Positions 1 through 12,329 of a stretch of DNA of 64,000 bases are shown here, one piece after another. The stretch comes from Rhodosorus marinus CCMP1338 (taxonomy: Eukaryota; Plantae; Rhodophyta): contig JAMWBK010000003.1 in NCBI GenBank assembly GCA_029953675.1, forward strand, positions 1-64,000. Direction: 5' to 3'. The translations under genes were made by a program, and so were the position numbers. A model generated the notes under the pieces. It was not told the origin of the DNA and did no database searches. It was given only the letters and a program-made list of their open reading frames with translations. How positions within the stretch are numbered: the stretch's first letter is position 1; every line of letters starts with the position of its first letter.

Positions 1-435
1 AATCGAGACTTTTACAAAAATGCTCGTCTTGCCTGCTTCCAGATTCTCCAACTCTTAGGGATCGTCCAAGGACAGGTGTTGTCGTAGCTGCCCCCAACCA
101 ACCCCTGCTGTCCCCCGCCCTTAAAGTAGGTGGGCAGCAGCGGGGAGGGAAAGCCGGTCCCATCTTATCGAAAGATTAGCATGAAAATGCTGCCTTGATT
201 GCTTTCCAATTGCGTATCAGCAATAGAGGCGATTGGTTGCCGCTGGTGTTTTTGAGTAGAGTCTGGATGATAGCAACTTGTACACCGCGTCGCATCTGAA
301 ATTTAGGTCAGTGGGTTGTGGCCAGCACCAGCGTTCGCTTTGTATTAGTTCGGCAAGAACTCAAAAAGTGGATTGGACTGAGACTAGCACTTTTGGGTAA
401 TGTGATCCGGCGCAACTACCTCGTGGATGTGTGCA

Positions 436-1085
436 ATAACGCAGATTTTTGGCGCCCACCTGCTCGCTAGTTGCCCAGCAGTGAAAGGTGCTCGAACCCG
501 CCGCCATACACGGATCTTGAACCTGTTATACCGGGAACTTCGGCCTATAGTCCGGCAAGCCGGTCTGGAAATCGAACGTGAGAAACCTTTACCCGTCGCG
601 GACTTTCAAAAATGATGAACGCCGCCGTGCTTAGCCGACCTGGTGATCACCTGTGACGACAGCCGCCGTACCACATACGTTGATGCTTGCTGTTCCTAAC
701 CCTCAAGCTGGTCTTGTTATCTTTCCCCGGCTGTGGGGAGCGCCGTGGATCTGCCGCCGACCAGCATGAGACGCCGCAAAGAGATCAAATACGCGGGGGC
801 TTTGTCTTCCCCCGGTGTTCGTGCTTCGGCACTAGCACATCCTTTGCTTGGTACCCCTGATCATTGAGTGCTTCGGGTTCATGGACTCTGTTGGTTCTCG
901 CTGGCTTCGGGAGTTGTTCCGCCCGAACGCCCTGACCGTCTTCAAATGTCGTTGTTTACCCGCTTAAGTTTCCTGCTGTGGCGCATGAATGCCGCTTTGA
1001 TGTTGGAGGCGCACTTGAGTACTTCGCCGCGCTTAGTCTTTTTTACCCTCGGGGTTTTTTTCAGCCTCCGATTAAACCATTCGTT
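436..1085 (+). mobile_element. Family C non-LTR retrotransposon, 3' fragment (Zn-knuckle end, RLE domain, 3' tail)
   Basis: Near-identical to the reverse complement of 43653-44290 (GAHLLASC..RRHTR..DLVI..YVD..IIECFG), with many small insertions; ends ATTAAACCATTCGTTTC. Confidence 0.9.
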
Positions 1086-1677
1086 TCCTTTGAGAACCGC
1101 TGAATATTATCTTATCTATTCTGAACTGGCCTTTCGAGTGGTTTGGATTAGTGAATTCTATGGTTAATCCGAGAGTGAAAGAAAAATAAACCCGCGGGGA
1201 AAGAAAGGAAAGCCTGACTTTCTGCGTCTGTCCTCGTGTTTGACTCGTTTGCTTGCTATGGCGTATGATCGCTGCTTTTGATGTTGGAAGCGCGCGATCA
1301 CTTCCCTGCGCTCGAGTCTTGGATTTTCCCCTCAGGGATTTTTCCTTTCAGCGTATCCGAAGAGACAAAATTCATTCAATATATCCTGTTCACTGTTTTT
1401 TAAAAGAACGAAGCCAGTTTATTGAGTTTTGCTTCAAGGTATAACTGACGGAAGCTGGGTGAAGGCCTACTGTGGTGTGAGAACTGGGCCATACTTCGGC
1501 GCCAAGGCCAAGGATATTTAAATCCTCTCTTCTGGGAGGTATTTTCTGCGATTGGGTATTTACTCAACCTGGATAAACGCAGCTGCACAAAGGGAACTGT
1601 CGCGAGATTGCGGGAACAAGCAGACATGGAGATCTAGAATTGGAACGCTGGAAAGGGAATACAACTAGCTAGGAAGG

Positions 1678-2245
1678 ATGAAGACCTTGTACACAACGAC
1701 GGGGTTCCTCGCGGTTGGTTTCTGGCTTGCAATTGTAACGGTCGAGTCCGGGGATTGCGCCGCGAACATCCTCAGTTTCAAAAGCAGGATTAGAGTTTTG
1801 ACCACTGGTGGGGAAACCAACCGCCGGGTAATATCCAATATGTTGCAGAGATGTACACTGGAACAGGTGTGAATACGAATGTGTACCAAGCTTCCACGTG
1901 TAGAGGCAAAAAACTACGCCCCACTTGTGAGGTTGACGAGTGTGATACTTAAAGTCTGGGCCGACTGCAACGAAGGAAACGTTCCCAATGGAAAAACCAA
2001 GTTTCCGATCATCTTAGACGCGGAGGATATCGATCAGGATAACCCAGTCTTCGATATTCCGGTTAACGAGATGCCGATTCTTAACTACTTGTCTCAGGAC
2101 TTCATCTGCATGGTCGGAGCATTCAGAGGATTCGCCATGGTACGGAGAGGAACCTCAGGATTTCCATGAAGCGCAGTATACCGGTGACCAATGCCCAGAG
2201 TGAACGCCTAAGGGATCCAACGGGATAACTCAGCGCCCAATTTTG
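1678..2245 (+). pseudogene. Truncated, disrupted paralog of the secreted protein at 4053-5180 (first domain only)
   Basis: MKTLYTTTGFLAVGFWLAIVTVESGDC and KFPIILDAEDIDQDNPVFDIPV..ICMVGAFRG align with the 375-aa ORF; internal stop and frameshifts; upstream DNA is also homologous. Confidence 0.85.
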
Positions 2246-3129
2246 GTTCAGGGAGCGCGACGGGATAAAAATCACAGAGGCAGTTTCAAATAGAAATCGA
2301 TAGGATGAGGAAGCGATTTAAAACGCCGAGGATACCGAGGCCCCCAGAGTGGGGGCTGTGGAGTGGGGGAAGAAATGTCCTCACGATCTGCCAATAGAAA
2401 CCTCCTCCTCCACCTCCCTCCCTCCCTTTGTCTTGTGTTGCCTTGTCTGTATCTGAAAAAATCACCTTCAGTAAAATCCCAAGTTTTTACAGCGAGCTCC
2501 GCGCAGAGCACATGCAGGGGGACACTCAGCAGGTCTAATTGGCTCTGATCCGCAATTCTCCGGCTACTAGGTACCGAACTGGAGGAGTTTCCACCTCCTC
2601 TAACCTGGGCACTGCGCAGCAGCAGATTACTGCCGTACAGAAACCTACGACCAACACGGATCCTGAACGAGGTGAGGCGTTCGCCCTATCGTCGTCCCGG
2701 AGCCCTAAGGAAGGTGGGGACACACAGTGGATATACAGACCGAATCCGCGAACTGGTCGTACCCTTACAACAAGGCATAGAGTCAGCGGTGGATGCGAAC
2801 GCTCACTCCATGCGATATAGGCCCATCTCTCGTGCCACCTGCAGCAGTTGTCTTACGGCTCGACCCGGAGAATGCTCTCAACCGCCGCAACCACTGGCCA
2901 CCATCTCCGAGATGCTGGAAGCGGTGCGCCTGTTTGGGCTACGTAAATGACATTTAAGACTCCCCTACGTTCTTTGGCTGTCGTGCTACTCACAAACCAT
3001 GTCACACCGATACCAATTGCATGTCACATCGGCTGTAGAACAAACTGATCTGCGTGGACACTGGTGTTAGGTGCCCTATCCATGGCGCGTTTTCTGGTGT
3101 AAAAACCCCGGTCTAACCATAGTAGCCAT

Positions 3130-3335
3130 CCATGACGACGTTGGCCGGGTGACGAGGGCAGAGTGGTTCCAGCCTTTCATTAAGGAAATTTCTTATCATC
3201 TTGAAAACTCAAGCGTGGAGTGGCTGCGGAAATGAGTTACAGATCATCCTGCTGAGTATTTGGTACTCCTACGCCGATTGAGCGTCGCTGTTTGCCGAGA
3301 TTCTAGCAACATGCTCGCGGAGACGCACCACCGTA
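3130..3335 (+). mobile_element. Degraded A/B-type retrotransposon 3' fragment
   Basis: TTCCAGCCTTTCATT..GAGTGGCTGCGGAAATG..GAGTATTTGGTACTCCT matches the A/B ORF2 C-terminus. Confidence 0.7.
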
Positions 3336-4052
3336 GCACGCTTTTTTCGCTAGTTCAGGCTATATTAGAAGTCCACTGCATTTCTAGTTTCACCAATTTT
3401 TCTGCCTGGGCTTAGTGTTTAGAAAGTTCTCGCGTGTGGTTGAACCGCGAAAAAGATAAGTTGTTTTCCCTTGATGGAGAACGAGATATGCGCCTCGCAC
3501 CGTGCAATTTCTTTGTTGGGATGGAGATACCTCTCAAGCCCTCGTCCACGCCAACTATTACGCACACGTTCAAGTATTGATTCAGACCTATGATCCCGCA
3601 CGGCGTTCAACCCCTTTTCCGTTTTCTGAGCAGCTCTCACGTGCGGCACCCGGAGGACGTTGTGCTACTCCAGGGTTGCTATCTCTGACTAAACGATGGT
3701 GCATGGCGTTACACATGGGGTTGGTTTGATTCCTGTTGGGTATCTAACCATTTAAGTTCTGAATTTTATTCACATATGCATGACACACATTATACTGCCG
3801 TATTACGGTAAAGTTTACGACCCCTGAACCTGGGTCCGATGTTAAACTCCGCGTACAAACCGCCGAAGCGGTCATGGCAGTCTGCTAGTTTCGCAAAGTT
3901 TTGTTTGCTGCTTGCGGTTATAGGTGACCCATGAACATAGAATCACGGTTCACGTAGCAGATCAGCTGTGCGATGGATTCCCGGGCGTAGTGGGGTTGCC
4001 CGAGGAAAATACGACGAACCCATCTCCAATCCAGGCGCTCTTTCCGAATCAG

Positions 4053-5180
4053 TTACCTCCACTTCGTGTTGACTGGGCATCCGTTGAATGGTATCACCTC
4101 CAGATCGGGACATTGCCCCACATCAGGATCCAAGAAATACCCATTACCGCTCTCATCCGAGGCCTCAATCGTGCTCAGGAACAGCATGTCCTCGATGGAG
4201 GTACAGTTTGGCATATCGGTCAACATGGAGGGGCAGATATCCCACTCCAAGGGGCTGTCCGGGGCTACTGAAGTTGCGATTTGGAACTCTTGGTTGTTTT
4301 CCCAGATTGTCTTCAGATCCTGGTCCGCTCCCCATAGGCCCAAGTACATGCCGGTTATGCTCTGCCCCTGTTCGCCCGAGTTGAATTTGATTACGAGGTG
4401 GAAGCAGCGCTCGCCGTTCACAGATGAAGTGCTGTAAGTCGCGGTTGCAACATTGGTGCCTGTAAATCTATTAAGCAAACTGAAGGTAGAGATGCAGTTT
4501 GTTTTCTTTCCGCAAGTGAACGTTGGCTCAAGCCCGGTCGCCTCAATGTCCTTCTCGCAGTTGTAGAAGGGAGAAGGAGTCGGCGACGGCGACGGGGTGC
4601 CGTCGACCCATATAACGCCAATTGGGCACTGAGTTATCCCGTCGGGTCCCTTAGGCGTCGATGCTGGGCATTGACTACCGCTAGGTTGCTTCGTGGAGAT
4701 CCTGAGGTTCGTCTCCGTATCTCCAACGAATCCCCTGAACGCCCCAACCATGCAGATGGAGTCTTGAGAAAGGCAGTTGGGAATCGGCATAGCTGTAACC
4801 GGAATCTCGAAGACTAGGTTATCCTGATCGATATCATCCCCGTCCAAGGCGATCTGAAACTTGCTTTTTCCACTCGGAACGCTTCCTTCCTTGCAGTCGG
4901 GCCAGACTCCAAGTCTCACTCTCGTCATATTCACAAGTTGGGCGTGGTTTTCCACCTCCACCTCGAAACTTGGTATCCCGTTTGTAATCAAACCTGTTCT
5001 GGTGTTCATCGTTGCAATGTAATTGACCCTACCCGGCGGACCACCAGTGGTCAAAAAATTAGTCCTCCTTTGAAAGTAAGGATATTCACCCTTCGGGTCG
5101 CAATCCCCGGACTCGGCAGCTGCAATTGCAGCCAAGAAACCAGCAGCGAGAAGCATCGTCGTTGTGTGCCAGGTCTTCAT
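4053..5180 (-). CDS. Predicted secreted Cys-rich protein, 375 aa, two related domains joined by a PSPSPTPSP linker
   Basis: Uninterrupted ATG ORF, hydrophobic N-terminal signal ending AAA/ES, two domains sharing (R/Y)LG(V/L)W..(K/E)FQIA; pseudogene paralog at 1678. Confidence 0.85.
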   Translation of the reverse strand: MKTWHTTTMLLAAGFLAAIAAAESGDCDPKGEYPYFQRRTNFLTTGGPPGRVNYIATMNTRTGLITNGIPSFEVEVENHAQLVNMTRVRLGVWPDCKEGSVPSGKSKFQIALDGDDIDQDNLVFEIPVTAMPIPNCLSQDSICMVGAFRGFVGDTETNLRISTKQPSGSQCPASTPKGPDGITQCPIGVIWVDGTPSPSPTPSPFYNCEKDIEATGLEPTFTCGKKTNCISTFSLLNRFTGTNVATATYSTSSVNGERCFHLVIKFNSGEQGQSITGMYLGLWGADQDLKTIWENNQEFQIATSVAPDSPLEWDICPSMLTDMPNCTSIEDMLFLSTIEASDESGNGYFLDPDVGQCPDLEVIPFNGCPVNTKWR

Positions 5181-5340
5181 CCTTGCTAGCTAGTGGTTTT
5201 CCCTTTCCAGACCTACTAATTCTAGATCCCCTTATCTGCTTGTGCCGAATTCTCCCCGTCACCTCCCGATGCTATGCGGCTGCGTTTATCCGGCTTAAGT
5301 AAATACCGAATCGCACAAAACACCTCCAGAAGATTTAAAG

Positions 5341-5482
5341 ATCCTCGGCCTTGGGAAGTCAACGAGTTTTTTGGGAAGTGCGGCCCTGTTCTGACACATG
5401 TCTGCCTTCATTATCCTCGGCCTTGGGAAGTCAACGAGTTTTTTGGGAAGTGCGGCCCTGTTATGACACATGTCTGCCTTCA
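5341..5482. repeat. Tandem duplication, 72-bp period, 2 copies, upstream of the 375-aa gene
   Basis: ATCCTCGGCCTTGGGAAGTCAACGAG.. starts at 5341 and 5413; one substitution between copies. Confidence 0.95.
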
Positions 5483-6301
5483 CCAATTCCGTCGCCGTCA
5501 CCCAAGAAAACCAATAGACGGGTTTTGCCGCAAAAAAACTGTAAACAGGATATGTTCGAACCAATGGATCGATGATCGGATAGTTTAATTGGACACCCAA
5601 GACTGACGATTACCAGGGAATTCATGCTCGCCGAGGTCACCGTCAAGTTTGTCTACCTCATTGATTCGATAGTCCGCTTTCTGGCATAATCCGGGTTGTG
5701 ATTTTGGAGGTGGGCGGTCTTGGCAGTAAGGTTGTGCCAAGTGGGTGGGGTTTTTGCCAGGTGGGTTGGGTTCTTCGCTGTTTACAACCCACCCAACCCC
5801 TTAAACCCCCTTGTTTTCGCACGTTTAACCACTTCCGGGTCGCGTAAACAGTGAAAAACCAGACCAACTGGCACCTACAACCCTATTGACAGCGTGTAGT
5901 CTTTTTTTCCCCTCCGTGTTTTTTTTTCAATCCCGGATTGCACAAATTCCTTCTTTCCCTAACAAACAGCAAACTGGGTACGTTCGAAACCAGCCGTCCA
6001 CTGACACCTTGTTCAGGTACCAGAAACAAATTCATTCAGATACGGTAGGACCACCACCCGTCTGACAAACAATTAAACGATGATTTTATTTTATTTATTG
6101 GATAAACAAAAGGAGATCAAATGGAGTAAGCAAACTTTCTATTTTTATACTTGGATTCTATAAATATCCACCAGTAATAAGTATTCTGCTATCTTAACGG
6201 ATTATGAACGATTGACCTGAGCACGAAATCTCTTCTGTTTGCGTAAAATTTGAATATATATCTTTGTTAAGTATACCGAAGCGGGCGGAATCCTGAATTG
6301 G

Positions 6302-7230
6302 TTGGTGGTTCTACTGGGCTTATTAGCATAGCCTGAAGCGATACGCAAGGCGTGAAATGGAACTAAGAACTAGGGAGGGAAGCGTGCAAACCCAGGCGCC
6401 GATGGCGCGCCTAAGTGGTTTTACTGGCTTTCCAAACCTGAAGCGCTGCGCAAGGCGTGAAAGGGAGAAGGGACTAGGGGGAAAAGCGTGCAACGTAGGC
6501 GGCGATTGTGCGCCACGGCGAACATGCTGCGAGATTATCGCCTGAGAGCGACACCCAAACGGCGTGGGAGTCCCAGATATTCAACTAGTCAGTAAACATT
6601 TCAGCAGCCACTCCAAGCTGAACCTTTCCAGATGCCCAAAACTTTCCACAATGAAAGGCTAGAACCTTTGAGAACGGTTCTCGGCCCGGGGGAGACTGGC
6701 CATGCTCTCAGCATACCGCCATTCCTGCAGCCGGCGAAGTACGGAAGCTGCTGCCCACCGAGCGGAGAGCGGCAGAGGCGGGATAAGTACTTGACACAGG
6801 GTCTGTGACAGCGAGGTCCACATATGCTGAGCGTCTGCCGACGGGATCCGATACCAGGTGGTTTTACGAACCAGGAGATTTGCGATGCGGGGGTGGCAGA
6901 GGCTGATCGAGGCAGTTCCGATTCAAACTCAAGCGTGTAACCATGTGGCCAGCCCTGGTCAAATGTTCGCTCAGGATGTACTTCAGACGGGTGTCGCGTT
7001 TCGTTCAATGACCGTTCAGCATTCCACAAGAGGCCACAGCTTGGTAGCCACAACCGTCAATACGAGTCTCACAGCCTTGGCAGAAGGAAAGGCGATTAGA
7101 GTGCCAAGGGTCCTGTGGCAAACCCAGATAGATTCTTGCGGCAGACCGGGGCTGGAAGGTGTCCAGACGTTGCGCCGGTGACGGGGTGAGAGTGTTTAAC
7201 CACAGGTGAGATAGACGAACTCTCAAGCGG
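6302..7230 (-). mobile_element. Two stacked A/B-type retrotransposon 3' ends (6302-6410 and 6411-7230)
   Basis: Two 3'UTR-plus-tail motifs; internal part aligns with the Zn-knuckle/RLE coding region of family A. Confidence 0.85.
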
Positions 7231-7244
7231 CGAAGACAAGCCAC

Positions 7245-7428
7245 AGTTGTGGGCGGTATGAGTTGTTCCGCGAACGCCCTGACCGTCTCCAATCGTTGTT
7301 TACCCGCTTAAGTTTCCTGCTGTGGCGCATGAATGCCGCTTTGATGTTGGAGGCGCGAGTACTTTGCCGCGCTTAGTCTTTTTTTCCCCTCGGGGTTTTT
7401 TTTTCAGCCTCCGATTAAACCATTCATT
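7245..7428 (+). mobile_element. Family C 3' end
   Basis: TTGTTCCGCGAACGCCCTGACC..ATTAAACCATTCATTCA matches the C terminus. Confidence 0.9.
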
Positions 7429-7429
7429 C

Positions 7430-7760
7430 ATGAGCGGAGAGTTGAGCGAGATTGCGTGAGCTGTACAGTGTTGACCCGAGGTGAGGCTAGGCTGAATCAC
7501 ATCAGTGCGTGCGCTGCAAATTCTGCTCATACCCGGGTAACCTGCCGCGGGCGACCTCAAGACCATACGAGCACTGAAAGTGGTAACCACAACCGTCAAT
7601 ATGACTTTCACAGCCTTGGCAGAAGCAATGGCGACTAGAGCGCGAAGGGCCTGCGGCAAACCGAGGTGGTCCTTGCCGCAGTCCGGAACTCGAAGGCGTC
7701 CAGACGTTGGCCCTTTGACGAGGGCTGAATGGTTAACCACAAGGAGGGAGGGGGGAAGAT
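7430..7760 (-). mobile_element. A/B-type ORF2 fragment (pre-nuclease region)
   Basis: Translates ARTDVIQPSLTSGQHCTAHAISLNSPL, homologous to SRTDVIQHSLTWGQHSAAHTVMLNSPL. Confidence 0.75.
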
Positions 7761-7788
7761 AGGTCAATTGGGAGAGTAGGGATTGATT

Positions 7789-8482
7789 GCAGACTGAGGA
7801 TAGAATTTTTTACGCCGCGTAGCGCTGAAGGCTGTTTTAGTTAACCAACCAATCACCAGCACGGCTAAACAGTCTTCGACGAAAAGCAAGCAGACGTAGA
7901 CGACCTATTCCTCAGATGTTTTCGAAAATTCCATATCGACAAGGCACTGCTTATACGGAGGCGTCGAGGTTTTCGGTTTTTGAGTTCTCCAGGTTCGGGT
8001 TTTGAGTCGCTTTCGGTCACGATTGTGTTCTTCCGTGGGAGGCGCTTCCTTTGGTTGCCCTTCCCCCCGCTGTTTCGCGTTGTGCAATTGAAGTTGAAAG
8101 CGGCCTTAGCAGTTCAACTCTGGAGTCTTATTCTCGAGAGATTAACCCAATGAGTATGAAGCAGGGAGATTTGATTCCAGAGTTGAACTCCTAATGCCGC
8201 TTTCAACTTTGATGGCGGGTCCTATAGTCAGGTAAATATAGCCAACTTTAAGCAGGATGGAAAGTTTTGTAAAGGGTTAGATCGTTCCTGATCACCGTTC
8301 AGAAGACGTGAACCTTGTCGATATGGAATATCCGAAAACATCTGAGGAACAGGTCGTCTACGTCTGATTGCTTTCCGTCGAAGACTATTTAGCCGTGCTG
8401 ATGATTGGTTGGTTAACTTTCACAGCATTCAGCGCCACGCAGGGCGTAAAGAGTGATGTAAAAAGTTTTTTCCTCAGTCCGC
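7789..8482. repeat. Foldback structure: ~155-170 bp outer inverted arms (7789-7944 / 8313-8482) enclosing a ~37-bp inner inverted repeat (~8091-8208)
   Basis: Direct reverse-complement comparison of the arms; no TSD found. Confidence 0.9.
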
Positions 8483-8790
8483 TGGAATGCCGTGGATTTG
8501 CCGCTGCCCGTATGAGACGTCGCAAATAGGAAAAACATGCGGGGGCTTTGCTTCCGTGCTTCAGCTCAAGCTCATCGCCTGGTAGTTCTGGTCATTTTGA
8601 GTTCTTCGGCTTTATGAATTTCGTTGGTTCTCGTTGGCTTCGGGAGATGGGCGCGAAGGCCCTGACCGTTTCTCCCCTTTTTGGCCCGTTTTCAGGTTCC
8701 CGCAGTGGCGTGTTAACGCTGCAATGATGTTGGAGGGGCACGGTCTTCGCCGCACGTTCAGCTTTTTTTCTTTCAGTCTCCAATTAAACG
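8483..8790 (+). mobile_element. Diverged family C 3' fragment
   Basis: GCCGTGGATTTGCCGCTGCC..TGGTTCTCGTTGGCTTCGGGAG..GTTGGAGG matches the C 3' end. Confidence 0.75.
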
Positions 8791-8990
8791 AATTCACGCA
8801 ATCACATCCTCTGGAATTAGTTGTTTTTATTGGGAATGATGCTACGGGTGTGATTAGTGCATCGGCAGTTCTAGAGGCAGTATTTCCCCCCGAGGAGAAA
8901 CACTGAGGGGATCCATTCTAAATACAAGTCCTCCCTTAGGTGTTTCCTAAAGGTTTGTTTGCAAATTTGACTGCGCCAACAACAATATAT

Positions 8991-9987
8991 CTATTTCGTT
9001 GGGAGGTAGGCGATGTCGTAGCTGTCGATTTCAACGGCGTCCGAAGATACTGGGCAGCCATTGTCTGCCAGCGTGTACCTTGTCAGCGCATTACCGCTGG
9101 CGTAAAGGGAACCCTCGAACTCCACCATACCGCCCCCCGCGCCACCTCCAATATCCGACTCACACACCGGATCAATGTCCGACCCGCTCACGTCGTAGAC
9201 CTGGAAGCGAGTTACTTCCGCCACAGCCAGTAAACAGAGTCTTTGAATCCGCGGAGAGTTTCACCGTGTGGGCGCAAGATGTGCTCACAGACTTCAACGT
9301 TTCCATCGTATCCGCATCGAATCGACCGATTTGGTTCTGGTAAGTTGCGAACAGATCGGAATTTTTCATGATCGAAAGTCGCGGAGCGGTAGGCAGGTTC
9401 ACCCTCACGCCTTTCTTGAAGTTGTTAGACACGTCGTACTGCATGATTAGTGACACTCCACCAGAGTGAGGTACAAACTGCGAAGTGTACAAGTATTTGT
9501 CAGTGAGAACGGCGTCGGTTATAGTGGCCGCGTACATGCCCGATTGGATGGAGGGAATGGTGTGCTCAAACTCCAGCGTCTTTGGGTTTGCGAGAATGAC
9601 CCTTGAATTACCGTATGAGTAATACGGGCAGATCAAGAGCACGTAGTCAGCGTGTTCCGGATCCGAGGAACCCCTTATGGAGAGTCCAGATGGGCAGTAC
9701 TGAAACCAGAGCTTGTCACTTGTTCGGTACAGTTTTCCGCTTGAACTAATCCCCCATCGTTGAACGTTTGCATAGTTGGTGTTCGTGTAGACATAGTTTT
9801 TATATCTATGCACGTCCGTAAAATACTCTCCGTCTGGATCGGAGATCGTCTGAATTGGTGTCGTCGAAGACGACATGTCGCTAGAGTCGAAGACGGCAAG
9901 CGTCCCGCTCGATGTTATTGTCACGACGCTGTCACAGAGCACCGAGCCAAGCAGGCTCAGCATGATACATCCAAACAACACCCTCAT
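8991..9987 (-). CDS. Predicted secreted beta-propeller-like protein (~331 aa) with one +1 frameshift near 9216
   Basis: Signal-like MRVLFGCIMLSLLGSVLC; repeated short beta-strand blades; ORFs 9172-10065 and 8991-9224 join (TGCGG-VTRFQVYDV) if one A is removed. The fold is an inference. Confidence 0.65.
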
Positions 9988-10621
9988 TCTGCCGCTCTGA
10001 TTTTCTGACCCGCCCGAAGAATATTCTGCCTCCGTTCTTTGCCTGTTCAAACTTAAGTTGTCCACAGATAATTGGGCTGCTCCCTTTCAAATTCTCTCAA
10101 GAGTTTGCTTATCTTGCGCATCCTTCATCCCGCAACAACTGCTGATAGAACAAGGTCACGGGGCCTTTATAACCGTTCCTTGGAACTCTCAGCGGCGGCC
10201 ACCCTGGCACTAGGACATTTCCTTGATCTTCATTTGCTAAAAAAAACCGCCCACCAGGGCTTCACACAACGATGTCCTGATAGCTTAATAGGACACCCAA
10301 GACTAGCGATTTCCACGGAAAGCATGGTCGCCCAGGTGTTCCTGAGATGTTCACTTTCAGCTTGCTACCGTCAGCTTGCTACCTTACTGATGGGGTAGTC
10401 CGCTTGCTCCGGTGTTGAACAACTCTGTGGACTTCTCCAGAAGTGTCCTGCTATGGGGTATGAACGTGTGATTTAATGTTGTACGAGCGCGATCTTCGCA
10501 GCTCGTAGTTTTGTTTTCCACTTGGTTTTTATTTTTTTTAAATCCCCGATTGCACAATTTCATTCAATTGTTCGGTAGCGATGTTAGGAAAACCACCATT
10601 CTTCGGTACTTCGCCAACTGA

Positions 10622-11045
10622 ATGAACGACTGTGTTGCGAGCATGGCCGGTCTCCCTGGGCGGAGGGCCGGTCTCCCTGGGCGGAGGGCCGTTCTCACAG
10701 GTTCCAGCCTTCATTTGGGAGAGCTCGAGCAGGGAAAAGTCGAGCTTGGAGTGGATACAGAAATGTTTTACAGACTAGTTGAATATCTGGGACTCCTACA
10801 CCGTACAAGTGCCACTCTCTTTCGATATTTAAACAGCGTGCTGGCCGAGGCGCGCAATCGGCGCGCAATCGGCGTCCGGGTTTGCACGCTTTCTCCCTTG
10901 CTCCTAGCTCGCTTTCACGCCCTGCGTAGCGCTTCAGGCTATGCTAGTAATAAAGCATCTTCACGCCTTGCGTAGCGCTTCAGGCTATGCTAGTAAAGTC
11001 CAGTAATAAAGCCCAGTAATAAAGCCCAATAAAAACCACCACCAT
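10622..11045 (+). mobile_element. A/B-type 3' fragment with a duplicated 3'UTR and compound tail
   Basis: Two copies of CACGCC(C/T)TGCGTAGCGCTTCAGGCTATGCTAGTAA followed by AGTAATAAAGCCC repeats and AAAACCACCACCA. Confidence 0.85.
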
Positions 11046-11159
11046 TCAATTGTGTACAACCTTTCTTGTCACAAGTAGTGGCGCTTGTGTGATGTGTAGT
11101 ACTTGTCCTAGTAAATCCTCTCCCTCCCGGTCTTCGATGATTTTTTATCGCACTACAAA

Positions 11160-11188
11160 TGGTGGTGGTGGTGGTGGTGGTTTTACTA
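11160..11188 (-). repeat. (CCA)7 tail preceded by AGTAAAA, appended to a deleted C-like 3' end
   Basis: (TGG)7 followed by TTTTACT on the + strand. Confidence 0.85.
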
Positions 11189-11766
11189 AGTTGAATGAAT
11201 TCGAGTTTGTTTAGCCGGAGACTGCACAGCAAGAAACTTAAACGGGTAAGCGAGTTAATGTATGACTCCGAAACAATATAGAAGTTCTGTGTTCACGACT
11301 TCATTTTCGCTTCTTTTTGTGTGGATATGGCAGTCAATATGGCGATCGACATGCTGACGTCATGTCTATTATTTAAACAAAACACAGGAACTGTTTCATG
11401 ATTAATGAAATATTTTCTGGTTCAGCTAAATATACTCAAAAATCTGGATGTTCGTCCAAACTTGTATCGTGCAGATTGATTAGGTGACCCAGATAACCCT
11501 TCCAGCACCTACCATCCTGACAGCAGCGCAGCGTACAACGTCGAGATGCTCACCAGCGGTTATTTCCCGAAGGTATCCATATGTACAGCAAAACCAAAGG
11601 ACTCCCTGTCGAACCAGCATATATTCCCGAAGGGATTTGCCGCCCTTGCAACGTCGCTTCCAAATAAAACGCAGCGTCCGCATGCCGATTGGAAAGAGGG
11701 TCGATGATTAGATTCGTCCCCTATTCAGTTTGGAATTGTCACTTCTATTTTAAGGTGTAGTATGCT

Positions 11767-11920
11767 GGTTTTACTGGCATAGCCTGATGCGCTACGCAAA
11801 ACGGAAAGGGAAACTAGGTGGGGCTAGGGAGAAGCGCATGTAAGCCCAGGCGACAGTGGCACGCCTCGGCGAGTATGCTGCTAGAATAGATTTTAACAAA
11901 AACCATTTTCTGATTGTGTC
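11767..11920 (-). mobile_element. B-type 3' end
   Basis: GGTTTTACTGGCATAGCCTGATGCGCTACGCAAAAC 3'UTR and tail. Confidence 0.75.
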
Positions 11921-12329
11921 AGCTTTTGCGTACGATTTCTTCTGGATGAATTGGTTGAATCGGAGCCGAAAGTGGTGGTTGTGTTCACGATTTCCTCTGT
12001 GTCTTTTTGTCGCGGACATGGCGATATGCCGGCCGTCATGTTGAAAGAGGCACAAGACTGAGAAGATCGTGCTCCCTTTCAATATCGATGAAGTGGTTTG
12101 CAAACATGATAGAAACGTTCGTACCGGCACAGCAGGAAGCTCAGATGGGAAGACAGTGAGCATAGGCAGTTCGTCGCGTTCGCCGAATTGTTTCCGTAGC
12201 CAGCCGGAACCAACTGAATCCATAAACCTTTTTTTGGTACTTACAACGGATTTCCTTACGTCACATCTGTCCGAGGTACGACCTGTGTGAACACTCGAAT
12301 AGAGCTGGCCGCACGGTCGAGGCCTGGGG

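Noticed and set aside
436-1085. Unusual excess of small insertions in a C fragment as a biological mutator signature
   Set aside because: Many 1-3 bp insertions with few substitutions look like low-accuracy long-read consensus; raw reads are needed
2539-2950. RTGRTLTTR resembling a Penelope GIY-YIG motif
   Set aside because: No GIY or YIG triplets, no RT nearby, short ORFs only
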